Origin: Patescibacteria group bacterium
GTDB lineage: Bacteria; Patescibacteriota; Doudnabacteria; UBA920; VMFF01
Length of the DNA: 64,000 nucleotides
Direction: 5' to 3'
Assembly: GCA_038065615.1 (NCBI GenBank)
Contig: JBBTQQ010000005.1
Span: 7,984-71,983, forward strand
In this document: positions 1-9,371 of the stretch, in pieces
How the letters are laid out: every line of letters begins with the position of its first letter
Position numbering within the stretch: position 1 is the first letter of the stretch
Made by a program: the position numbers and the translations under genes
The notes under the pieces: generated by a model
Databases searched by the model: none
Told to the model about the DNA's origin: nothing
Seen by the model: the letters and a program-made list of their open reading frames with translations, nothing else

Positions 1-1235
1 TCAGTAGGAATTTCACTAAACCTTTCCCTTAGCTCTGATAAAGGAATCTTAATGCTACCAGAAAATATTTGTTTTTGAACAATTTCTGGAGTGTTACGAA
101 TATCTAAAATTGTGTATGCATTTTGGTTCTGCTTAAAATTTTCTAGATCTAGAAACTTAAAATCGACCGGGCAAAATGAGCCGATGAAAGCCCCTTTTAT
201 CTTAGTTTCATAGCCTATATTAGCAATGCGTTCAATTATTTGTTCAAGCCTCATTTCATTCTCCGCTGTTAAATAGAACTGTTCATTAGGTGAAACAATA
301 CTACCCAGCCATGTTTCAAACCTGCCATCGTCCATTAAATTTATGCTGTTTTTAAAGCGATATTTTTGAAATTGTTGTGACGGGCGCGTGTCGATAATTA
401 ATGTATTTTTATCTAATATGCTTGTATAGTTTTCACAAGTTATTTTTTTCATTCGCGGTACGCCTGAAATATTCTTTGCAAAGATACCCGCCCCTTTCTT
501 ATTCAACTCAACGTTAAATCCAAAATATTTTGGAATAAAAGGTTGATCCGTGAGAAGTTCTTTTAGAAAGCTTTCTTCACTCATTTCCTGAAGACTCCAA
601 TTGTTTAAACTCTCAATACCAATAGTGCTGTTACTAGCGTTACCTAATGACTTTCCACAAAGAGTGCCTGCACCATGCGCGGGGTACACTATAATCTTGT
701 CCTCTAAAACAAGGAGTTTTTTACGGAGGGAATTGTACATTTTTTTCGCCAACTCTTTGCGTTCAGCTTTTTTATTACCGGAATTTTCCCGTAAATCTGG
801 TCTGCCACAATCTCCTACAAATAAAGTGTCACCAGAAAAAATAGCTTTATCTTTTCCATTGCTTTCCAAAATCACAGAGATACTGTCTGGTGAGTGCCCA
901 GGAGTGTTTATAGCTTTTAAGACAACATCTCCAAAAACTATCCTATCTCCTTCGTCAAAATTAACGTGAGGGTATTCAGCACCAACAAATTTACTGACAT
1001 ATATTGCAGCACCGTTATTTTCATGGATTTCTAAATGGCTACTGACAAAATCAGCGTGTGGATGTGTTTCTATAACACCTATTATCTTGGCGTTATGTTT
1101 TTTTGCAAAATCATAATACGGTTGAGGATTACGTTCAGGATCTATTAAAATTATTTGTTTGCCACTTAAAATCGCATAAGCATATTGCGACAACGGTTTG
1201 TACTCAAATTGTTGGATAGTGAACTTGTTATTCAT
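1..1235 (-). CDS. MBL-fold hydrolase fused to rhodanese domain (ETHE1/CstB/Blh-like persulfide dioxygenase-sulfurtransferase), 5' complete, 3' truncated by window edge
   Basis: Manual minus-strand translation starts MNNKFTIQQFEY at 1235; contains THPHADF metallo-beta-lactamase metal motif, GHSPDS and YPAHG motifs, then a rhodanese-like C-terminal half; not in ORF track because it has no stop inside the window. Confidence 0.7.
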   Translation of the reverse strand, partial: MNNKFTIQQFEYKPLSQYAYAILSGKQIILIDPERNPQPYYDFAKKHNAKIIGVIETHPHADFVSSHLEIHENNGAAIYVSKFVGAEYPHVNFDEGDRIVFGDVVLKAINTPGHSPDSISVILESNGKDKAIFSGDTLFVGDCGRPDLRENSGNKKAERKELAKKMYNSLRKKLLVLEDKIIVYPAHGAGTLCGKSLGNASNSTIGIESLNNWSLQEMSEESFLKELLTDQPFIPKYFGFNVELNKKGAGIFAKNISGVPRMKKITCENYTSILDKNTLIIDTRPSQQFQKYRFKNSINLMDDGRFETWLGSIVSPNEQFYLTAENEMRLEQIIERIANIGYETKIKGAFIGSFCPVDFKFLDLENFKQNQNAYTILDIRNTPEIVQKQIFSGSIKIPLSELRERFSEIPT

Positions 1236-1294
1236 ATAGCTTATGGAGGATTTTTTAGCAGTTAATAATTAAAACCTGAATAGTGGTTAACTGT

Positions 1295-1609
1295 TTATTC
1301 TATTGCACCGCCAGCAGCTTGCCAATTACCCAAACCACCGATATTTTCAGCAAGGTAGCCTCTTTTTTTCAACTCATGTGTAGCCATAGCAGAACGTCCA
1401 CCAGAAGCACAATACAAATAAATTTTCCTTGAAACGTCGCTTGTCGGTACCTCTCCATGGGTGATTCTGTCAACCGGAAAATGTATAGCTCCAACGGCGT
1501 GGTTAGAATTCCATTCATCATCTCTACGTACATCAACAAGCATTGCCTTGCCAGTCTTTATTTCTTCCTTTATTTTATGCACGTCAATTTTAGACCCAAA
1601 TATAAACAT
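1295..1609 (-). CDS. single-domain rhodanese sulfurtransferase
   Basis: 104 aa; active-site loop CASGGRS typical of rhodanese. Confidence 0.8.
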   Translation of the reverse strand: MFIFGSKIDVHKIKEEIKTGKAMLVDVRRDDEWNSNHAVGAIHFPVDRITHGEVPTSDVSRKIYLYCASGGRSAMATHELKKRGYLAENIGGLGNWQAAGGAIE

Positions 1610-1641
1610 ATAAAGTTACCATTAATATTAAGATTAGTAAG

Positions 1642-2031
1642 CTATTTAACAATCGTACCGCCAATAGCAACAACACTATCCATACCACCAAGGTCTTCTA
1701 CTCGGTACCCTGCTTTTCTTAAGATAGCGGTAGCTTGTGAAGACCTATTTCCACTTTGGCAGTATATGTACAGGGTTTTGTCTGTGTTTACTTTTGGTAA
1801 AGTGCCGGATTGGATATCTTGTAATGGTAGACTTTGTGCTCCCTGAATATGCCCGGCAGCGTATTCACCTGGGGTGCGAACATCTAACAGGATATCCCCA
1901 TCTATTATACCTTTTTGAATAGTGCTGAATTTATTGATTTCTAAACTTTTGGGCGATTGATCAAATTTTAAAAAAAGTCCTAAGATTGTCAGAAATAATA
2001 TAATAACAATGGTTGTAACAGCGTATTTCAT
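1642..2031 (-). CDS. membrane-anchored rhodanese-domain protein
   Basis: N-terminal hydrophobic anchor then rhodanese fold with CQSGNRS active-site loop. Confidence 0.75.
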   Translation of the reverse strand: MKYAVTTIVIILFLTILGLFLKFDQSPKSLEINKFSTIQKGIIDGDILLDVRTPGEYAAGHIQGAQSLPLQDIQSGTLPKVNTDKTLYIYCQSGNRSSQATAILRKAGYRVEDLGGMDSVVAIGGTIVK

Positions 2032-2297
2032 GATTTTGTGTTCCTTATAAAGTTTAATAATTGCTTACTTAATTTAGCTGCCTGTGGTGAAACCAGGCGG
2101 TAATTTATTTTTTTGCCGCTGTGCTTAGCAGTTACCAATCCCGCTTGTCGCAATTTTTTTAGATGTTGCGAAACAGCAGATTGCGATAGTCCACAATCTT
2201 TAATAAGTTTTGTTACACTCTGCTCTTTACGTGAGAGACAAAGTAAAAGTTTTAAGCGCACCTTGTTTGAAAGTGCTGCAAGGATTATTGATTCCAT
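2028..2297 (-). CDS. ArsR/SmtB-family metalloregulator-type transcriptional repressor
   Basis: 89 aa winged HTH; LSQSAVSQHLKKLRQAGLV recognition helix typical of ArsR family; heads the rhodanese operon. Confidence 0.8.
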   Translation of the reverse strand: MESIILAALSNKVRLKLLLCLSRKEQSVTKLIKDCGLSQSAVSQHLKKLRQAGLVTAKHSGKKINYRLVSPQAAKLSKQLLNFIRNTKS

Positions 2298-2305
2298 GTA
2301 TATAT

Positions 2306-2325
2306 ATATTAGCAGATGCTAATAT
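2306..2325. promoter_or_regulatory. perfect 9-2-9 inverted repeat ATATTAGCA-GA-TGCTAATAT, candidate ArsR-family operator
   Basis: Perfect palindrome immediately upstream (minus strand) of the ArsR start codon; ArsR/SmtB operators are classically 12-2-12 type inverted repeats. Confidence 0.5.
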
Positions 2326-2527
2326 ATAGTCAAGTCTTAGAATCGTATAAAATAGTTATGCGATTCTTTGCGTGTATTTTGGTATTTACAACCCCCACTC
2401 CTTATATATCCATTTCGCCTGTGTTTTATAAATTAGGAGTAACCAAAGTTTTGTGAAATCTATTTTCGTTTGATGCCGCTGGTGAGACGGCAGTCTCACC
2501 ACCAAAATGTAATATCATTTATGACTT

Positions 2528-2554
2528 TTAGCACTTGACATGTTAGACTGCTAA
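2528..2554 (+). promoter_or_regulatory. CIRCE operator (HrcA binding site) overlapping a TTGACA -35 element
   Basis: TTAGCACTT-N9-GACTGCTAA vs consensus TTAGCACTC-N9-GAGTGCTAA; sits upstream of hrcA; TTGACA at 2535-2540; a second half-site GAGTGCTAA overlaps the hrcA RBS at 2587-2595. Confidence 0.7.
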
Positions 2555-2595
2555 ATATTAAAATGTCTTTAGCAAACAGTAGAGGAGAGTGCTAA

Positions 2596-3327
2596 ATGAA
2601 TGAAAAAAAGCCCCAAAACATTACTCCCAGACAAGCTAAGATATTAGCCGCTATTGTCAGAGAGTATTCAAATACACCAGAACCAGTTAGTTCAGAGGAT
2701 ATAAGCGTGAAATATAGGTTAGATATATCCTCAGCAACCATCCGTAATGAAATGATGGCCTTAGAAAGAAACGGATACATCCAACAGCCACATACATCAT
2801 CAGGAAGAGTTCCAACTGATTTTGGATATCGCTACTTTGTTAAAGAGCTGATGAAGCGCTTTGAGCTTTCATTAAAAGAACAACACTCTTTAAGAGAACA
2901 GCTTGGTAGGTTACAACAGCAAACTCATGAAATAGGGAAGAACATCGCAAGATTACTAGCTGAAAAAACAGATCAAGCCGCATTCGCGCTTTTACCAGAA
3001 GAAAATTCAGCTAGTGGCCTTTCAAACATCTTACAGCATCCGAGGTTTGATAAAAGAGACGTTGTAGAAGTAGTTCAGTTCTTTGAGGACATCGATGAAT
3101 ATGCTGATCAGATGTTAAGTGATTTCTTTAAAGAACAACCAGCAGCGTTAATTGGTAAAGAACACCATCTGGCGCCAATAAAGAACTACTCATTAATTGT
3201 TTCTAAAGTTGAACTACCAACAGGAGAGCGTGGATTAATTGGTATAGTCGGACCAAAATCCATGAGGTATGACAAAAATATTAGTTTAGTTGAATATTTT
3301 GCAAAATACTTAAGCACAGGAGAATAA
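2596..3327 (+). CDS. hrcA: heat-inducible transcription repressor HrcA
   Basis: 243 aa; N-terminal wHTH; position upstream of grpE-dnaK and downstream of CIRCE. Confidence 0.85.
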   Translation: MNEKKPQNITPRQAKILAAIVREYSNTPEPVSSEDISVKYRLDISSATIRNEMMALERNGYIQQPHTSSGRVPTDFGYRYFVKELMKRFELSLKEQHSLREQLGRLQQQTHEIGKNIARLLAEKTDQAAFALLPEENSASGLSNILQHPRFDKRDVVEVVQFFEDIDEYADQMLSDFFKEQPAALIGKEHHLAPIKNYSLIVSKVELPTGERGLIGIVGPKSMRYDKNISLVEYFAKYLSTGE

Positions 3328-3329
3328 CT

Positions 3330-3845
3330 ATGGACGAACAACAAATATCAGAAACCAGCAGCGGAGATATAACCATGGAGCATCTGCAAGCAGAGCTTTC
3401 AGAAGCCCTTAACCAAGCAGAAGAAAATCTTTCTGGATGGAAACGAACACAGGCTGATCTAGAAAACTACAGAAAGAAAAAAGAAGCAGAGGGAACAGAG
3501 CTAGTACAGTTCGGAAAACAAGCAGGTTTTGTTCAAATCCTTCCAGTTCTTGATTCCCTAGAAATGGCAATATTACACGCACCAGAGATTGAGGATGAAA
3601 AGTACAAGAACTTCAAAAACGGCTTAGATGGCATAGTTAAACAAATAGACGCGGCTATTCAAGCAATGGGTATATCAAAGATAGAAGCAGTTGGAAAAAA
3701 GTTTGATCCAAACCTGCATGAAGCAATAAAAGAAGTGGTTGGAGAAGAAGATGGTTTAGTGGTAGAACAATATCAAACCGGATACACACTTCAAGGAAAA
3801 CTTTTAAGACCAGCACAAGTATCAATATCAAAAAAGAACATTTAG
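3330..3845 (+). CDS. grpE: nucleotide exchange factor GrpE
   Basis: 171 aa; coiled-coil N-term plus GrpE C-terminal domain; operon context. Confidence 0.9.
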   Translation: MDEQQISETSSGDITMEHLQAELSEALNQAEENLSGWKRTQADLENYRKKKEAEGTELVQFGKQAGFVQILPVLDSLEMAILHAPEIEDEKYKNFKNGLDGIVKQIDAAIQAMGISKIEAVGKKFDPNLHEAIKEVVGEEDGLVVEQYQTGYTLQGKLLRPAQVSISKKNI

Positions 3846-3868
3846 TAATAACATTAAGAAAGGAACAT

Positions 3869-5692
3869 ATGGCAAAAATAATCGGAATAGACTTAGGAAC
3901 ATCAAACTCTGCAGCTTCAGTGATGGAAGGCGGAAAGCCTGTAATTATTCCATCAGCAGAAGGAAACAGCATTGCTGGCAAAGCATTCCCTTCTTACGTT
4001 GCGTTTACAAAAGAAGGGCAGCTTTTAGTTGGTGAACCTGCAAGAAGACAAGCAGTTACTAACCCAGAAGGAACTGTTTTTGAAGCAAAAAGAAAAATGG
4101 GTACTAGCTTTAAGTATTCATTAAACGGAAAAGAATACACCCCAGAACAAATTTCCGCGTTCATCTTACAAAAGATTAAAAAGGATGCTGAAAGCTATGC
4201 TGGAGGCGCAATCTCTCAAGCAGTTATTACAGTCCCTGCTTACTTTGACGATGCTCAAAGACAAGCAACAAAAAACGCAGGTGAGATTGCTGGTTTAGAG
4301 GTTGTTAGAATAATCAACGAACCAACGGCAGCAGCTTTAGCTTACGGGTTAGACAAAGTTGGGCAAGAACAAAAGATCTTAGTCTTTGACCTTGGCGGTG
4401 GAACATTAGATGTTACAACAATGGACTTTGGCCAAGGAGTTTTTGAAGTCATCTCAACATCAGGTGATACACAGCTTGGTGGTAAAGACATGGACTCTGC
4501 TGTGATCAACCACATCATAACCACATTCAAACACGAAAGCGGTATTGATGTTTCAGCAGACAAAATGGCTTTAAATAGAGTTAGAGAAGCAGCTGAAAAA
4601 GCAAAGATTGAACTTTCTACAACAATGGAAACAGATCTAAACCTTCCTTTCATTACAGCAGATGCAAATGGTCCAAAACATCTGACTATGAAAATAACCA
4701 GAGCGAAATTAGAAGAGTTGGTTAAACCAATTATTGAGAAATTAAGACATCCAATGGAGCAGGCAATCGCAGATGCAAAATTAACTCCTAACCAGATTGA
4801 TAAAGTTATATTGGTTGGTGGTCCTACTCGTATGCCTATTGTTCAGAAATTCGTTGAAGACTTTGTTGGTAAACAAATAGAACGTGGTATTGATCCAATG
4901 GAAGCAGTTGCAAAAGGAGCTGCAATCCAAGCCGGTGTTTTAGGCGGTGAAGTAAAAGACATTCTTTTACTTGATGTTACTCCTTTAACACTTGGTCTTG
5001 AAACAATGGGTGGTATTAGAACACCATTAATTGATAGAAACACAACAGTTCCAACATCAAAGTCTCAGGTATTTAGCACAGCTGCTGATAATCAGACATC
5101 AGTGGAGATAAACGTGTTGCAAGGGGAGCGTGAGTTTGCTAAAGACAACAAAACTTTAGGTAAGTTCATACTAGACGGAATTCCACCAGCACCACGTGGC
5201 GTGCCACAAGTTGAAGTTGCTTTTGACATAGATGCAAACGGTATCTTAACTGTTAAAGCAAAAGACAAAGCAAGCGGTAAAGAACAACACATCACAATTC
5301 AAGGTTCTTCAAACCTTTCAAAAGATGATATTGAAAGAATGAGAAAAGAAGCAGAAGAGCACGCTTCTGAAGACAAGAAAAGAAGAGAAACAGTTGAAAT
5401 CCGAAACCAAGCAGATACCTTAATTTCTGTTTCTGAAAAAACCTTGAAAGATGCAGGAGACAAAGCTCCTGAAGCAGACAGAAAAGATGCTCAGGAAAAA
5501 CTAGACGCTCTAAAAAACACCAAAGACAAAGATGATGTTGATGCAATCAAAAAAGCCTTAGATGAGCTTTCCATATCAATTCAAAAGATTGGTGCTGCAA
5601 TGTATCAGCAAACACCGCCTGAACAAGCATCCGGAACAGAACCTTCTGGTGAAAACAAAGAAGGACCAGTGGATGCAGAGGTTGTTAAATAA
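3869..5692 (+). CDS. dnaK: molecular chaperone DnaK (Hsp70)
   Basis: [18 protein letters not shown] and other Hsp70 signatures across 607 aa. Confidence 0.97.
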   Translation: MAKIIGIDLGTSNSAASVMEGGKPVIIPSAEGNSIAGKAFPSYVAFTKEGQLLVGEPARRQAVTNPEGTVFEAKRKMGTSFKYSLNGKEYTPEQISAFILQKIKKDAESYAGGAISQAVITVPAYFDDAQRQATKNAGEIAGLEVVRIINEPTAAALAYGLDKVGQEQKILVFDLGGGTLDVTTMDFGQGVFEVISTSGDTQLGGKDMDSAVINHIITTFKHESGIDVSADKMALNRVREAAEKAKIELSTTMETDLNLPFITADANGPKHLTMKITRAKLEELVKPIIEKLRHPMEQAIADAKLTPNQIDKVILVGGPTRMPIVQKFVEDFVGKQIERGIDPMEAVAKGAAIQAGVLGGEVKDILLLDVTPLTLGLETMGGIRTPLIDRNTTVPTSKSQVFSTAADNQTSVEINVLQGEREFAKDNKTLGKFILDGIPPAPRGVPQVEVAFDIDANGILTVKAKDKASGKEQHITIQGSSNLSKDDIERMRKEAEEHASEDKKRRETVEIRNQADTLISVSEKTLKDAGDKAPEADRKDAQEKLDALKNTKDKDDVDAIKKALDELSISIQKIGAAMYQQTPPEQASGTEPSGENKEGPVDAEVVK

Positions 5693-5706
5693 TTAAGAGA
5701 AAACAC

Positions 5707-6009
5707 ATGAACAATGAAAATAAGCAGGATCAACAGATCCAGGTAAAGATCACAGACGAGATCTTAAAAGGCGTCTATGCAAACACAATGCAAGTAAGCC
5801 ACACTCCTGATGAATTTGTTCTGGATTTCATGAACATCTTTCCTGCAAGCGGAGTTGGTATAGTTACTTCAAAAGTAATTGTATCTCCAGCACACTACAA
5901 AAGAGTGTTAGCCGCAATGCAACAAAACTTAAAGCTTTTCGAAGATAAATTTGGTACAATAAAGCATGTTGATACGCCAGAGCCAAAGATTGGCTTTAGG
6001 GCAGAATAA
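5707..6009 (+). CDS. small conserved hypothetical protein (DUF3467-like?) inserted between dnaK and dnaJ
   Basis: 100 aa ORF with RBS, tight spacing in the operon; family assignment from memory only. Confidence 0.45.
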   Translation: MNNENKQDQQIQVKITDEILKGVYANTMQVSHTPDEFVLDFMNIFPASGVGIVTSKVIVSPAHYKRVLAAMQQNLKLFEDKFGTIKHVDTPEPKIGFRAE

Positions 6010-6022
6010 CTAAAACAAAAAA

Positions 6023-6907
6023 ATGAAACTAAAAAAACTCTTTCTAAGTTTTGGAGCAGTAATATTCTCAGGTTTGGGTTGGTATCTATTCTCTCAAATC
6101 TTTGATGGAAGTAATATTTTCCAAGGCAACAGCTTGAATTGGTTTGGTTTCGTTTTTAGTATCGCCTTAGCTTATGCTTTCAGCTTCTTAATAGCAGCAA
6201 CCAGAGATCGTTTTGATTTTGAGGTTACTTCATTACTTTCAGTTCTTTGGATCCCTGTATTCTTAGGAACAACAGGAAGAAACATCATAGCAGCAATCGT
6301 GCTTTTTCTTTTCTCCCAAGCACTGTTAGAGTTTGCAAGCGCATTGGAACACTCGATAGACCTAAACTATTTTTCAACAGCATATTCAAAAATAGCTTTA
6401 GTTATAATTGCGCTTCTTGCGATCACTTCAATATATTTTCAGGACAGAGTTGTTGCAAACGTTGGAAATACAGCAGTATCTCAAAAAGCAGTAGGTGCTC
6501 TCTGGCCCTATGTAGGTAAATACTTTAACCAGTACAATACCAATGGAACAGTTAATGAGTTTTTAGCCTCTGAGTTTACACAGCAAGGCGTTCAACAACC
6601 AACACCACAAATGATTGCTACAGCAAGAAATGAACTTTCTAAACAGCTCAACTTAAACTTAAACGGGAAAGAAAGCATGTCTGCTTTGGGTGAAGACTTT
6701 GTTGCAAATCAGTTTAATAGTTTCCTTCAAGAATATCACATTGAAAAATCGGGTATATACGTCATCTTCCTTTCACTTTTTGTTCTTTGGCCGATAGGAA
6801 GACTACTCTTTGCTCTGATTGCGTTATTAATATTTAAGATCTTTGAAAGTTCGGGATTAATTAAAATTAGAGAAACTCAGGTTACAGCAAAAACCCTTCA
6901 GATATAA
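6023..6907 (+). CDS. multi-pass membrane protein, unknown function
   Basis: 294 aa, several hydrophobic helices; sits between dnaK and dnaJ. Confidence 0.5.
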   Translation: MKLKKLFLSFGAVIFSGLGWYLFSQIFDGSNIFQGNSLNWFGFVFSIALAYAFSFLIAATRDRFDFEVTSLLSVLWIPVFLGTTGRNIIAAIVLFLFSQALLEFASALEHSIDLNYFSTAYSKIALVIIALLAITSIYFQDRVVANVGNTAVSQKAVGALWPYVGKYFNQYNTNGTVNEFLASEFTQQGVQQPTPQMIATARNELSKQLNLNLNGKESMSALGEDFVANQFNSFLQEYHIEKSGIYVIFLSLFVLWPIGRLLFALIALLIFKIFESSGLIKIRETQVTAKTLQI

Positions 6908-6912
6908 CAAGT

Positions 6913-7974
6913 ATGGTAAAAAACTACTATGACATTCTAGGCATCAGCAAAACAGCAAGTGCAGATGAAATTAAACGGGCATACAGAAAGTTAGCCTCAG
7001 AACACCATCCTGACATGGGAGGTAGTTCAGATCGCTTCAAAGAATTAAATGATGCATATCAGGTTTTGTCTGATTCAGGAAAACGTTCTCAGTATGACCA
7101 GTATGGTCAAACATTTGATCAAGCCCAAAGACAGGGCGGTTTTTCAGGTAATCCATTTGGTGGCTTTGAAGGAAACTTTAACAATGCTGGTTTTGGTTTT
7201 GAAGATATTCTTTCAAGCATGTTTGGTGGAGAAGACACACAAGCAAGGAATCGCGGTATTGATTTAGAAATGCCCCTAAGAATTTCGTTTAAAGAAGCAG
7301 TCTTTGGTGTTGAAAAAGAAATTGCCATTGAAAAGAAAAACCCTTGTGCTAAATGTAATGGGAGTGGGGCAGAACCTGGAAGCAAGATTAACACATGTCC
7401 AAAATGTCATGGGCAAGGACAGATAAAGACACAGAGAAGAACAATCTTTGGAACAATGGCAACTTCAACAGCCTGTGACCGTTGTGAAGGAACAGGGAAA
7501 GTTCCTGAAAAACCTTGTACTGAATGTAAAGGTATTGGATTAAAGAGGGGAAGAAAAACAATCAAGGTTTCAATTCCAGCAGGAATTGATGATGGACAGA
7601 GAATACGAGTTAGAGGAGAAGGAGAGCAAGGATACCGTGGTTCAGCTGTCGGTGATCTATATATTCAAATAGAGGTTCAGGGAAGCAAAGACTTTGTTAG
7701 AAAAGGTTTTGATCTTTTCAAAGAAGAAACAATTTCATTTCCTCAAGCAGCGCTTGGAATGACTTTAGAAACAGAAACCATTGATGGAAGCGTGAGGATA
7801 AAGATACCAGGAGGAACACAATCAGGAAAGGTTTTCAGAATATCTGATATTGGTGTTCCGCATTTAAACCATTCTGGTAGGGGAGATATGTATGTAACAG
7901 TTAAAGTTCATACTCCTGAAAAATTAAGCAAAAAACAAAAAGACTTACTTAAACAACTAGAAGAGATTGAGTAA
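6913..7974 (+). CDS. dnaJ: co-chaperone DnaJ
   Basis: J domain with HPD motif, G/F region, four CxxCxGxG zinc-finger repeats. Confidence 0.95.
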   Translation: MVKNYYDILGISKTASADEIKRAYRKLASEHHPDMGGSSDRFKELNDAYQVLSDSGKRSQYDQYGQTFDQAQRQGGFSGNPFGGFEGNFNNAGFGFEDILSSMFGGEDTQARNRGIDLEMPLRISFKEAVFGVEKEIAIEKKNPCAKCNGSGAEPGSKINTCPKCHGQGQIKTQRRTIFGTMATSTACDRCEGTGKVPEKPCTECKGIGLKRGRKTIKVSIPAGIDDGQRIRVRGEGEQGYRGSAVGDLYIQIEVQGSKDFVRKGFDLFKEETISFPQAALGMTLETETIDGSVRIKIPGGTQSGKVFRISDIGVPHLNHSGRGDMYVTVKVHTPEKLSKKQKDLLKQLEEIE

Positions 7975-7983
7975 AAAGGGTCT

Positions 7984-8319
7984 ATGAAAACACTCAAGTT
8001 TAAGAACCATTTAGTGAAAGAAATTCTAGAAGGTAGGAAAACCGTTACCTGGAGATTATTTGATGACAAAGATTTGAGAACGGGAGACATGTTGGCGCTA
8101 ATTGATTCGTCAACGGGAGAAAAGTTTGCCGAGGCACAAATTGCAAAGGTTAGGGAAAAGACACTTGGGTATATAGAAGAACCTGATTTCGCAGATCATA
8201 AAAAACACCAAACCCTTGAAGACATGCTTAAACACTTCAAGGGATACTATGGAGACAAAGTCGCAAAGGATACGCTAGTTAAGATTATTGACTTTAGGGT
8301 TACGCGTATCCTGAAATAA
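7984..8319 (+). CDS. ASCH (PUA-like) domain protein
   Basis: 111 aa; EILEGRKTVTWRL motif characteristic of ASCH domains. Confidence 0.55.
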   Translation: MKTLKFKNHLVKEILEGRKTVTWRLFDDKDLRTGDMLALIDSSTGEKFAEAQIAKVREKTLGYIEEPDFADHKKHQTLEDMLKHFKGYYGDKVAKDTLVKIIDFRVTRILK

Positions 8320-8333
8320 GTCTAAAAAAATTT

Positions 8334-8588
8334 ATGCGCATAGAATTTAAGGAACGACCACAAAACGTTTGGATGGCTCGATGGTTTGGTGGAATCGTAT
8401 ACCTGTTGATGAAGCTGTTCGCAAAAAACAGAGACAGATATTTTAAGAGGTTAGGGATAAATAAGGAGCGAGTAATAGCTGGAGGGATTGTTCATGGTTC
8501 GTATGTGGCTGTTGTTGGCGAACAAGAAACCGGGGTTTACTTATTAAATACAGACGCCCTTATTACCAATATCCCAAATATATTTTGA
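8334..8588 (+). CDS. hypothetical protein
   Basis: 84 aa ORF, no recognisable motif. Confidence 0.3.
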   Translation: MRIEFKERPQNVWMARWFGGIVYLLMKLFAKNRDRYFKRLGINKERVIAGGIVHGSYVAVVGEQETGVYLLNTDALITNIPNIF

Positions 8589-8635
8589 GCAAGTATGGTA
8601 TAATTAGAGAAACAAAATAGAGTAGAGAAACAAAA

Positions 8636-9175
8636 ATGCCACAAGATTATAATTCGCTTTTAAACAGTGTTAACTTCCAAAACCCAAGCTGGGATGCTTT
8701 CATCTTCTTTTTTTGGGCCATAGTCGCTGTAATATACAGCTTTTCAGCTGGTAGAGGCAGAATAATTAGCATATTAGTTGCTGTTTACATGTCTGAACTG
8801 TTGGTAATCCAGGCCCCTTTCTTAAGTACAGCAGTAGGGGATCAGTTTGGTTTAGCTTTGTATTTAGGTCGTTTAACCACTTTTCTAGTTTTGTTTGCCT
8901 TTTTCTTCCTTGTTCTTTCAAAGTTTGTTTTTAGGACCTCTGTGGAAAATCGTCGTTGGGGTTCATGGGTATTTTCCCTTATCTTCGCTGTCTTACAGGT
9001 CGGTTTTTTAATCAGTGTTATTCTTTCATTCTTACCCCCTGAAGTTAAAACGACGTTCGCACCACTTGTAAAGTTTGTTTTCATTTCAGAAACAGCAAAT
9101 TTTGTTTGGTTGCTTCTGCCGATCGCTTTCTTAGTGTTCGTGGGTAGGCACATCTCAGACCACAGACTAGAGTAA
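8636..9175 (+). CDS. CvpA-like small membrane protein
   Basis: 179 aa, 4 predicted TM helices, GRGRI after first TM as in CvpA family. Confidence 0.4.
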   Translation: MPQDYNSLLNSVNFQNPSWDAFIFFFWAIVAVIYSFSAGRGRIISILVAVYMSELLVIQAPFLSTAVGDQFGLALYLGRLTTFLVLFAFFFLVLSKFVFRTSVENRRWGSWVFSLIFAVLQVGFLISVILSFLPPEVKTTFAPLVKFVFISETANFVWLLLPIAFLVFVGRHISDHRLE

Positions 9176-9191
9176 AGAAAAAAGCCAAATT

Positions 9192-9217
9192 AAAAATCCC
9201 GGTTTGCGGGATTTTTC
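9192..9217. terminator. bidirectional rho-independent terminator
   Basis: AAAAATCCCGGTTTGCGGGATTTTT hairpin with A- and T-tracts on either side. Confidence 0.6.
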
Positions 9218-9219
9218 TA

Positions 9220-9295
9220 TGGTGGGTCGGGTGGGGATCGAACCCACGACAAACGGCTTAAAAGGCCGCTGCTCTACCAACTGAGCTACCGACCC
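9220..9295 (-). tRNA. tRNA-Lys (anticodon TTT)
   Basis: Reverse complement GGGTCGGTAGCTCAGTTGGTAGAGC..CTTTTAA..GGTTCGATCCCCACCCGACCCACCA folds as canonical cloverleaf with encoded CCA. Confidence 0.85.
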
Positions 9296-9371
9296 GCAAG
9301 CTTTGCGAGTCAAAATTGATTTAACTTCCGTATTTTACAATATATATCAGAAAAATTCAAGGTACTTAAAG

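Noticed and set aside
4342-5546. Several 60-100 aa antisense ORFs inside dnaK
   Set aside because: Embedded in a highly conserved gene on the opposite strand; no RBS; typical shadow ORFs
9303-9371. Track start codon for the ABC exporter at 9303
   Set aside because: Would start 8 nt from the tRNA-Lys 5' end and add a non-conserved N-terminal extension; ATG at 9372 gives a normal ABC exporter N-terminus
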